Of a stretch of 64,000 nt of DNA, positions 12,225 to 21,433 are shown piece after piece (the first letter of the stretch is position 1; every line of letters starts with the position of its first letter). Source of the DNA: Podarcis vaucheri (lineage: Eukaryota); NCBI GenBank assembly GCA_965113315.1, contig OZ220363.1; one strand, written 5' to 3'. The position numbers were made by a program, and so were the translations under genes. The notes under the pieces are model-generated. The model made no database searches, was not told where the DNA came from, and saw only the letters and a list, made by a program, of their open reading frames with translations.

Positions 12225-15200
12225 AGTTTCATATAGAAACAGCCACTTCTTCTGATATTTTAGGTCCATCATTACCTAAAGAATATCAACTTTACCACTT
12301 CATCAGATGAGATTTTTTTCAAGAATGGCGAGATTCCGGCTACATTTGATATTATGAACTTGCAGATTTTGCCCAATGGCTCTTACAGGGCTGTAAAAGT
12401 TGGAGTTCTTCGTTCCAGACCTCAGCTGAGGAAAGAGCTTCTGATTCATGACAATGCCATTAGGTGGGCAGGGGGCCTTGCTCAGGTAAGTTCCTTACTT
12501 GTATTGAGCCTATCCCTATCTCCCTTCTCTAATGAGGTAACATCAGGCCTAGAAATTATGGAGCAAACAAAAGCATTTCTGCTTACTAGGCAGACTGTTC
12601 TCCCTTCTCCACCCTGCATGTTCTGTTTGAGGGGGGTTCTCTTTGTGGGATGGGTTTTAATGGGCAGGAAAGGGTATGTTAATTGCAACTTATCCCTCCA
12701 GGCTCCTACACAGGTTTTAAAATCCCACCCTTGCCAACAAAAATTTAAAGCTTAGAAATTAGGCTGGAAAACCTTGTTTTGAGCAAAACCAGCTTCAAAG
12801 CAAAGGCATCCCCCTTCTTACCCCACTTAATAAATAATAAGGCAGCAACTTGGGAAATAAGTTTAAAAATATGATTTACTTACTTTATAATCATGCATTG
12901 GTTGACACTTGATAAGGTTTGATTTATTACTATGTTGACTGACTGAGTGATTGAATCTAATGGCAAAGTGGCTGAGAAGGCTGGAGGCAGGCTGCTTTAT
13001 ATTCCCAGGGAGCAGACCCAAGTGAAGCCTACAGGCTGAGTTGGGTCTGCCTCCTGTGAATGGCCTTTCCCTGTAGCCTGCCTACGATAGGCCAATTTGT
13101 GGGCATGCTTGAATCCATAGCTCTAGCCAGTGAGGAAGGCTTGCTGACCTCCCCTGCCAGCCAGGAACTGACCCATCATTTGATCTCTTCGTGTGAGACA
13201 GTGTCAGTCCCGCACCTGGGGAAGGTAAGCAGTCTTCCATTTCCTTTTTCCTCCTAGGTGCCTCGTTCAATCTGTTCAGAAAGCTGCCTGCCTGGATATA
13301 GGAAGCTGCCTTTGCAGGGGAAGCCACACTGCTGCTACAGCTGTCTGCAGTGCCCCCATGGTCAGTTTGCCAGTGGAACAGGTAAACACCACTTTAACAG
13401 ACACTGGGTTTTCAGGGGCTGATGATTACCACTGGGCGGGCAGCCTCCCCAGCCACATCCCCACCCCAGTATCCAAGACAGTAACAAGATGCATCCATTA
13501 GAGGTCACACTCTGGACAGCAGTGGTAAAAAGGACCACTTCTTATATATGGGACAATGTCCTGTATCAGGCCCAGGCCCACGAGAAGGCTTCTGATGCAG
13601 GGGCAGGAACATGTAGCCTTCTAGATATTCTGGGATGCCAACCTAACAAACCCAGGCAGTATAGCCAATTATCAGGAATTGTGGAAGTTGTAATCCAGCA
13701 AAATCTAGAGGATCACATGTTCCCTACCCCTTCTTTCAGACTGGCACAGAAGGCATCATTTTGCTCATGGTACTGTTTTTTATATCAAAGTCCCACAATG
13801 ACAGGACCAGCAAAAATGGCACATGGTGCAAGTTTCCTTTTGAGGGGGGCTGCTTTCCACTGCTTTCCACTGCATTTCCACTAAAGTAATGGGACTTACT
13901 GCTTATAACAGATGTGGGGAACACTCCTGAATTGTTTCCAGCACCAGTTAACCAGGGAGGCATGCAAGGGGATCGCAGAGATTGTGATTGTGTATGAGTG
14001 TGGGAAAGAATGGGTGCACAGGCTGTATACACATGAAAGTGTGTGTGCAGGCTGGGGAGGGGGAAGAGGCACACAAGCCCCACCCACAGCAAGATACAGT
14101 CCTGCCCACACTGGCATGCAACCCTGACCCACTGCCACATGCAGCCAAAAATGTACCTTATAGGAAATGAAGGCTCCCTCACCAAGTCCTTCTGAGTGGC
14201 AGAGGCGGCAAATAACTAAATTACCAATGCGATCACTGTAGCCACTGCATGACTCTATCCCCAATATTATTGTGTGCGATTGCCATGCCCTCAAACAAGG
14301 GTGGGAGAACATGTGGCCCTCCAGATGTTACTGGGCAACAGCTCCCATTCACCTCAGTATGACCAGTGATCAGGGATGCTGTGGGTTGTCGCCAATCAGC
14401 ATCTGGAGGGCCACAGACACTGGCGGAGGAAGAGGAGTGTGGGGGGAGCACACCGCCCCTGGCAATGTGATCCTGGTGGGGTGCCATCGCAGCTGCCCCC
14501 CCACCCGTGGGGGACGCCACACCCCCACAGGCTGCGTGCCACGTCCCCGGGACACATACCAGCCCCGCCCCTGCCTGCTCTCCACCCCCCCGTGCTGGAG
14601 CATGAAGCTCCGCCACCGGCCACAGATTCTCCGTCCCTGCCTTTAAAAGAAAACCCCTGTTCTGCATGCTCCTCCCTTCTAGACAGTGCCACCTGTTGGG
14701 AGTGCCTTCCAGGACAATGGCCCAATGAGCAGCAAGACAGATGCATCCCAACCATCATTGACTTCTTGTCCTACACGGAAGTTTTGGGTGTGGTGCTGGC
14801 AACCTGCAGTTCCCTTTTCTTCTTGCTCTCGCTGTCAGTCTTGGGTATCTTCATACAGCATCACAACACCCCAGTTGTCAAGGCCAACAACCGCAAGCTC
14901 AGCTACCTCCTCTTGACCTGCCTGGCTCTCTGCTTCCTCTGCCCTCTGATGTACCTTGGGCACCCATCGCAGCTCACTTGTTCCTTCCGCCAGGCTGCCT
15001 TTGGCCTGGTCTTTGCCATTTGCCTCTCTGCAACCCTGGCCAAGACGGTGACTGTGGTGATGGCCTTTGGAGCTTCTAAGCCTGGCAGCTGCCTCCAGAA
15101 GTGGGTGGGTTACAAGCTCCCTGGCGCCATCACTCTGGGCTGCTCCCTTGTCCAAGCTGCTGTATGTATCTGCTGGATAATGGTTTGCCCCCCGTTCCCA

Positions 15201-15614
15201 TCACAGAACCCACTACATGGAGGGCCTCTTGTGACCCTGGAGTGTGACAAAGGCTCAGTTGAGTTTTTCTACACCATGCTGGGGTACCTGGGCCTTCTAG
15301 CCACCATCAGCTTAGGGGTGGCCTTCCCAGCCCGCCGGCTGCCAACAGCTTTCAACGAGGCCCAGCACATTGCCATCAGCATGCTGGTCTTCACTTTCGT
15401 CTGGGTCTCCTTTGTGCCCTCCTATCTCAGTGCCACAGGGAAGTACACAGTGGCCGTGGAGATCTTCGCCATCCTGGCTTCTGGAGCTGGTTTGTTGGCT
15501 TGCCTCTTCTTCCCCAAATGCTACATCATTATCTTGCACCCTGAGAAGAATAACAGGGACAACCTTATGGGCAGACAACTTCCACGCAAAGGAGACTTTG
15601 CTTATGCTGCATAA
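6291..15614 (+). CDS. Vomeronasal type-2 receptor-like class C GPCR (V2R), intact, 6 exons, 871 aa
   Basis: Exons 6291-6514, 7575-7866, 9822-10643, 12264-12485, 13258-13381 and 14683-15614 total 2616 nt. All introns are GT-AG with phases 2,0,0,0,1 and there is no internal stop. The protein has a signal peptide, Venus flytrap domain, 9-Cys domain and 7TM with VKANN, LAKT, FNEA and PKCYII motifs. Confidence 0.93.
7575..7866 (+). CDS. V2R exon 2
   Basis: 292 nt, missed by the ORF track: FRIRFFQHTLAILFALSEANKDPGLVQNITLGLQLYDSC...VPNFSC...IIGAMTSPES...YRVPQ, with ttttcag acceptor and gtaag donor. Confidence 0.92.
9056..9129. repeat. (CT)n(CA)n compound microsatellite
   Basis: Seen directly in the sequence. 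Confidence 0.95.
9822..10643 (+). CDS. V2R exon 3 (Venus flytrap)
   Basis: ISHGSQDPKFSDHFRFPSFLRTVP...HFNWTWVG...FQPWQ; donor gtgagt. Confidence 0.93.
12183..12220. repeat. (CA)n microsatellite
   Basis: Seen directly, about 40 nt upstream of V2R exon 4. Confidence 0.95.
12264..12485 (+). CDS. V2R exon 4
   Basis: VHHYLKNINFTT...FDIMNLQ...AIRWAGGLAQ; tttag acceptor and gtaag donor. Confidence 0.9.
13258..13381 (+). CDS. V2R exon 5 (cysteine-rich domain)
   Basis: 124 nt, VPRSICSESCLPGYRK...PHCCYSCLQCPHGQFASGT; cctag acceptor and gtaaac donor. Confidence 0.93.
14296..14639. mobile_element. Palindromic hAT-like MITE (host copy, interrupted by a second MITE)
   Basis: tgtggccctccagatg...catctggagggccacaga|ttctcc matches the family seen at 50765-50904. 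Confidence 0.65.
14418..14618. mobile_element. GC-rich hAT-type MITE nested in V2R intron 5
   Basis: Imperfect TIRs cactggcggag / ctccgccaccg with a perfect 8-bp TSD gccacaga (14410-14417, 14619-14626). Confidence 0.8.
14683..15614 (+). CDS. V2R exon 6 (end of CRD and 7TM)
   Basis: Acceptor cttctag at 14682; DSATCWEC...DRC...VKANN...FNEAQ...PKCYIIILHPEKN...FAYAA*. Confidence 0.93.
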
Positions 15615-15883
15615 GCTGCAAATGGACAGCATGTATATTTAGGAAAAGCGTTTCTGTCCCACTTTTCTGTTTAGCTACACCAGGCCTGGGGAGCCAGAAA
15701 GAGCCCCTTGTAAAGAGCACAGCACCTAGAAACACCGATGGTCAGCTGATCTCTGCTTCAGAAGCCCCTGTTGGCCTAGCCCAGCCATCTTTTTACCTGT
15801 CCACACTTGATGTCATGTATGACATCAGCTGTAGAGGCAAGTGAGCGTGTCTTGGCAAACAAATAGTGGGGGGAGGACCTAGT

Positions 15884-15990
15884 GTTTAGGGAAACTTTTA
15901 ATGTTTGACAAACTATTGTATTTTAATATTTTGTTGGAAGCTGCCCAGAGTGGCTGGGGAAACCCAGCCAGATGGGCACGGTATAAATAA

Positions 15991-16041
<51 letters not shown>

Positions 16042-16043
16042 AT
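15884..16043 (+). mobile_element. L2 LINE 3' end with (TTG)n tail
   Basis: tttagggaaa...gctgcccagagtggctggggaaacccagccagatggg...gtataaataaa followed by (TTG)n. Confidence 0.75.
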
Positions 16044-16123
16044 TGGGCCACATGGGAGGAAGGGCCTTGGTTCTCAGCCAGGTGGTTTCTCACTGGTGAT
16101 CTACACCCAAGGCAGCTTACAAT

Positions 16124-16702
16124 CAGGGCAGGATTTAGGTTTGATGAGGCCCTAAGCTACTGAAGGTAATGGAGCCCTTTATATGTCCAGCTGTCCTTTG
16201 TCAACAACAAATTGCCGCTGTTTTTTGTGTTGAATATATGCTATATGGCAATTTATCGACCTAATAGGTATCTAAAGCCATTTGCACATAACAAAATATG
16301 TATTTTATCAAAGTAATTGTTGAACTGAAATACAATTAAGAAGTATATTAATAGTGAAATACAATTAAGAAGGAACATATCAATAGTGAAATAATTATTA
16401 AGCTCTAACATAAAATGATTTTTTATTCATAACAAACTGAATAATGCAAACACATTGGCATTTGGCAATAACAAAAGTTCCTTTAAAAATGAGCCAGTGA
16501 TATTTTAGGGAGCAGGCTAGCAGGTGGGGGCCATTACTTATATCATAGGAGCCTACACAACACAAAACACTGTTGCTGTATGTAGGTTTTATTCCATTTG
16601 TTTTTTCTTATATTTTGCAAATGTACATCCAGGTGTTTTTTTCTTTAATTTTTTTGGGGGACCCAAGAGAATGGCTTTAGCTTATACGTAAATCCGGCAC
16701 TG
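16124..16702. mobile_element. Non-autonomous hAT-type DNA transposon
   Basis: TIRs cagggcaggattta / taaatccggcactg, a degenerate 8-bp TSD cttacaat / cttgcaac, and an AT-rich interior. Confidence 0.7.
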
Positions 16703-17049
16703 CTTGCAACATCAACAATTAAACTACAAACAATGAGCATACTAAAAATTAAAGGTGACATTCAATTAAATGAGTCCTGTCAACAAAAGCCCTGCACAAA
16801 GACTTCTGCTTATGCAACAGGGCTTTCGCTTCTCTCCTCCCTCTGCACCCCTTGAAATTGGCTGGGCGTGGGTCCAGGATAACCCCAGAACAGAACACAG
16901 TGGGAGGAGAGAGGGGGCCATTGAATCAGGCAAGCAGAAATGGAAAGAAGGGAAGAGTGCAATGTTGAATTCCACTCTAAGCAGTTAATAGTGGCAGGGA
17001 CAGCAGCACATAAATGCACAAATATCTTAGGGGGAAAGAATGGAGTTCC

Positions 17050-17196
17050 CAGTGGCGTAGCGTGGGTTGTCAGCACCTGGGGCAAGGCAAGTAATTTGCG
17101 CCCCTTAGCCCGTGGATTTGCGTCCCCTAACCCTAACCCCCAGATGTTGCGCCCGGTGCGGCCGGCCCCCCCTGCACCCCCCACGCTACGCCACTG
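17050..17196. mobile_element. Young hAT-type MITE
   Basis: Perfect 17-bp TIR cagtggcgtagcgtggg and perfect 8-bp TSD ggagttcc (17042-17049, 17197-17204). Confidence 0.9.
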
Positions 17197-18036
17197 GGAG
17201 TTCCCAACTTCTTTGGACTGTTTCCACTCCTTTTTGAGCGGGGTTCATGTGGAAAGGAGCAGAACTCCTTCCACCAATACCCAATATAATAAAAGTGTTT
17301 TCACAGGGACTTCGTTACCTTGCCCCGTGCTGAAAGGGAGGAAATGCTGCCATGTACATAGATATATTCTTGTTAAACTTACATTGTATTAATGTTTAAA
17401 TGTTCAAACTGAAAACCAGATCTAGTCAGTAAGATGTAGGGATAATAAAGGTGTGTTGTCAGCGGTTTCACAGATACATGTCTTTATCTGGGAAGGGATT
17501 TACTTATTTAGATTTCTAGGACCATTATATCACTCCTCAGAGCAAGCAGCAATGGAGCTGAAGTGACAGAGAAGAATGTGATGTAGTGTTGATAGGAGTT
17601 CAGTACAGCTATTTTTGTTTAATCAGTTGAAATATCATTAGCTGTTATTTTGATACAGATGTATGGATTTTTTTATTTTCTTTTTAATATTAGCTGTTAC
17701 ACATTTTCTTCAGAAAATAAAATGGGAGGGGGGGATAAGTATGCAGTTAAGTGTCTCCCTGCCCATAACTCTCATTTGGATCAGTTACCGTGCCAACAGA
17801 AATCTTGCACCAACAGTAATTCTGAAAGATAGTTTTCCATCTATAAAAATTCCAACCTAAGGTTAAAAGGTGACAGCTTACCTGTGATCCCTCAGCTAAG
17901 CTGGGACTGGAACAAGAAGAGTGGAGCAAAGGGAGCTATTAAGGATGGTTCCCAGGTAGATAGGATTGGCTTATGTTGCAAAATATCCCTCCAACCCTCA
18001 ACCCCCCCCCCCAGAAGAAATCAGGTTGTGTTCTTG

Positions 18037-18987
18037 TCACGTTGCAAGCTGCTTTGTCTTGGAAATAACCCTGTATAAGGCCCCCTTCACCTCTGCATTC
18101 CGTAGGCTATAGATGAGGGGGTTGAGCACAGGGGTGACTATTGCATAAAATACTGACACCACCTTGTTGAGGTTGATCGATGAGGCCACCTTAGTACGTA
18201 CATACATGAAGAAGAGTGTCCCATAGAAGATGGACACCACTGTCAGGTGGGCAGTACAGGTGGAAAAGGCATGGCGACGCCCTCCGATGGAATGAATCTT
18301 CAGCACTGTGGAGATAATGCGGACATACGATACTACAATGACAACAGAGGAAACCAGGAGCACCATCAGCGAGACCAGGAAGTCAACCGTCTCCTTCAGG
18401 GAGACATCAGTGCATGAGAGGACAATGAGTGGAGAAGCATCACAGAAGAAGTGGTCTATAACATTGGGGCCGCAGAAAGTCAACTGGGACATGAAGTAGA
18501 TGGGCAGTGCTGGGGTGAGGAACCCCACTAGCCACGAGCCAGCAGCCAGAAGCATGCAAGCATCTCGGCCTACCATCTCCTGGTAACGCAGAGGCACACA
18601 AATAGCCACATAGCGGTCATAAGCCATGGCTGCCAGCAAGAAGCACTCAGTGCTGCCCAAGAAGGTGAAGAGGTAAAGTTGGGCCAAGCAGGCAGAATAG
18701 GAGATAATTCGACCACCAGGAGATCCAAAGCTGGCCAGCATCTTGGGCACAGTGAGGGAGGTGTACCACATGTCCAGGCATGAAAGGTGGAGGAGGAAGA
18801 AATACATGGGGGTGTGCAAGCGCCTTTCTGTTGCCACCAGCAGAACCAGGATGGCATTTTCGGCCAGGGTCAGCAAATACATGACCAGGAAGAAGGCAAA
18901 AAGAGGCAGGCGCCCCTCGTTGATGCCTGTGAAGCCCACCAAGACAAACTCTTCCACAAGGGTCCAGTTCTCATGTTGAGGCTGCAT
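18037..18987 (-). CDS. OR6Q1: Olfactory receptor 6Q1 orthologue, 316 aa, intact
   Basis: All OR motifs are present (LHTPMYFFL, MAYDRYVAIC, HFFCD, AFSTC, PVLNPLIYSLRN). It shares distinctive strings with human OR6Q1 as recalled (MQP..NWT, SQLTFCGPNVIDH, KETVDFLVSL, YGTLFFMYV.TKV.SSIN.NKVVSVFY) and lies near CTNND1 as in human 11q12. Confidence 0.85.
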   Translation of the reverse strand: MQPQHENWTLVEEFVLVGFTGINEGRLPLFAFFLVMYLLTLAENAILVLLVATERRLHTPMYFFLLHLSCLDMWYTSLTVPKMLASFGSPGGRIISYSACLAQLYLFTFLGSTECFLLAAMAYDRYVAICVPLRYQEMVGRDACMLLAAGSWLVGFLTPALPIYFMSQLTFCGPNVIDHFFCDASPLIVLSCTDVSLKETVDFLVSLMVLLVSSVVIVVSYVRIISTVLKIHSIGGRRHAFSTCTAHLTVVSIFYGTLFFMYVRTKVASSINLNKVVSVFYAIVTPVLNPLIYSLRNAEVKGALYRVISKTKQLAT

Positions 18988-19319
18988 CTAAGAGGACCGG
19001 CACAGCATTGTTAGGCTATTGTGCCCCATGGATAAAAGCAGGAGGTTAATTCTAAACATTCAGATCTTGTGTAGATTTTATTTTTAAAAGAAGGTATATT
19101 CTGTCTCTCTTTCACACACACGTCATTTATTTTTTCTCAGTTTTTCTAATTCCCCTTTGCACCAAGAAATGACCAAGGCAATGTGGCTAAAGAGCCAATG
19201 TGGATCAAGTATGTAGCACATGGAACAACCAACAGCTGCTAACCAATCAACAGCCACTAGCCGTTATCCCTTTGTTCTACCTGCTGAGAATTGCAAGTGG
19301 AGAGGGCGTTCAGCACTGT

Positions 19320-19430
19320 TGTGCTCAGGCCTTCCTACAGGCTTCCCATAGGCATCTGGCTGACCGTTGTGAGAACCAAATGATGGACTAGATGGGCTTT
19401 TAGTCTGATCCAGCATGGCTTTCCTTATGC
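19320..19430 (+). mobile_element. Old CR1-like 3' fragment
   Basis: ggactagatgggc...gtctgatccagcatggctttccttatg resembles a CR1-type terminus. Confidence 0.5.
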
Positions 19431-21414
19431 TAAAAAGAAGCTCTGCCACTGAGCTAATGTTAAGTCCTTGTGTTAACTCTGGGCCACTTACAACAACCCT
19501 GTAGTAAGGATTACAACTAAGGGAACAATCCAAATGATCTATGGACGCTTCTCTGAAAACTTTTCTGCACAACAATGGTGGGGTCTTAGAAAATGGAGGT
19601 TCCTATTCTCACAAGGTTAAAGGGAATTATTCCTATAGACCTTAAATCATCCCTAAGAATGGGATGACTTCCAGACTGTCATTATTATGCAGGAGGAATT
19701 CAAGACATACTATAAATTTAGGTTTGGATTCAAGTTCTCTGTCATCCTAGCACAACAAAGAGAGTCATGCGCCTTCTAGGGTTCTGTTATGGCAGAAGTC
19801 AGTCACCTGATGGTTTATTTGTAGTACCTTTGGTGTAAAGTGAGATCCATTAACAGGATGATCCTATACATGTCTACTCAGGGTTGAAGTCAATGGGGCT
19901 CACTCCCAGGAAACCAGTTACAGGATTTAAGACAGAATCTTACTTTGTTTCATGGGCTCACTTCGTAGCCATTAATGGTGTGCAGCTGGTATGGGGAAGC
20001 GGTGGACCTCCAAATGTTGTTGGACTCCCATCATACCTGAGCATTGGCCGTGCTGGCTGAGGCTGATGGGGGATTGGAGTCCAATAGTGTTTGGAGGGTC
20101 ACAGGCTCCCCACTTGTGGCATCAAAGAACTCACCCCTAGCTAGAGCCCACGGATAACTTTTTCAAGTTACAATACGAAAAAATGTCTAAATCTAAGGGC
20201 TGATTCATATGGAAACAAGTGGGGAACAGATGTGTGCTCCTCATCCCACGGGCAAAACTGATCTAGATGCAAGGTGGAATAATCAGAGAGCTGTATGGCC
20301 AGTAAGAATGCATTTTGAGTTCAGAAAGTGCAACCCCCCCCTCCAAACACACACATATCCAAATCAGCTCTAAAGAAGGCTGGGCGGATGCTTTCTTTTC
20401 CAGCATGGACAACTCACTCTGGCTCAAGCTAATACCGGTAACCCCAGAACACAGCATGAAAAAGGCATGTCAGGGATTTGCAGCAGCTGATCTGGAATCA
20501 TCTGAGAAGGCAACAAATGCTTATCAAACAAGCTTGATTGAAACACAACAGCTGTGAATGCACCATTGTTGCCTTGAGGTGGCTGAAGAGGGGAGGGGCA
20601 GGGTGGTTAGATTAAATGGATTGGTACCTTCCAACCCATAGGCTATATGATATTATCTTTTTTCTGCTTTTGATTGTCCACACCCTGAAAAAATTAACTC
20701 TAGCCCTTTGTCAATGTGACTGATGACAGGCATGTGTTTTTCCCTATACCCAAAGCATCAGTAACCCATAGGTTGGGTATATGACCTCATCAAGGTCAAG
20801 TACTTAATAAGGTTGACAGGTGTTTCAGGGGTGGGTATTCCTAGAAATTACGTGTTCTTATTAGCAGTAAAGTGTATGTATGAGATTTCAGTGGGATACA
20901 TGATATTCTCATGTTTAGCTGACTTTGAAGACTAGGAAGACATACCCTTGGTTTTTCTCTTTCCTATCTAATGCACAGTTTCAGGTGACCTTCTCCTAAG
21001 CATTTGGATGTTCCCCATACCCATTTTTGGGGGCAGTGTCCAGTGGCCAAGTGGAATAATTCAATGGACTTCCATTTAGTGGCCACAACACACCCACCAG
21101 GTCTTAAAATCAAGAGTCCAGAAGAAGCTGGACCACAGACTTCATTCAGTGTGGCAGTTCTTTAAAAGTAGTTGCCCTAGACTCACCATCCATGCTTCTA
21201 AAGACAAAGTTGTCCAGCTCTGCTTGCCTTTAAATTCTCCTTGTATAGTGAAGAGATACTGCTTGGGATGGTCTCTCCTCCTTAGATCATATCACTTCCT
21301 CACAGTCATGCTTGCTGGATGATTCTAAACCCCCAGGAAGATCTGTCCTCTAAAAATGACTCACAATATAGTTGCATGAACCTTCTTCTTACTGCAACAC
21401 CGGGGAATGGACTC

Positions 21415-21433
21415 TCTAATGAGTAGCTAGGGA
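21415..21433 (-). promoter_or_regulatory. Candidate Ebf(O/E)+Lhx2 composite site, OR6Q1 promoter
   Basis: Minus strand tccctagctactcattaga is an O/E-like half followed by CTCATTA. It lies about 230 nt upstream of a consensus donor G|gtgagt at 21187/21186. Confidence 0.45.

Noticed and set aside
14376-14682. Pro-rich N-terminal extension of the 412-aa ORF
   Set aside because: It is intron 5 containing nested MITEs. The true acceptor at 14682 matches the phase of exon 5.
6291-15614. Calling the class C GPCR CASR, GPRC6A, TAS1R or V2R2
   Set aside because: The short C-tail, V2R-type TM motifs and missing amino-acid-pocket residues argue against these.
17123-17140. (CCCTAA)2 as an interstitial telomere
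   Set aside because: Only two units, and they lie inside a MITE.
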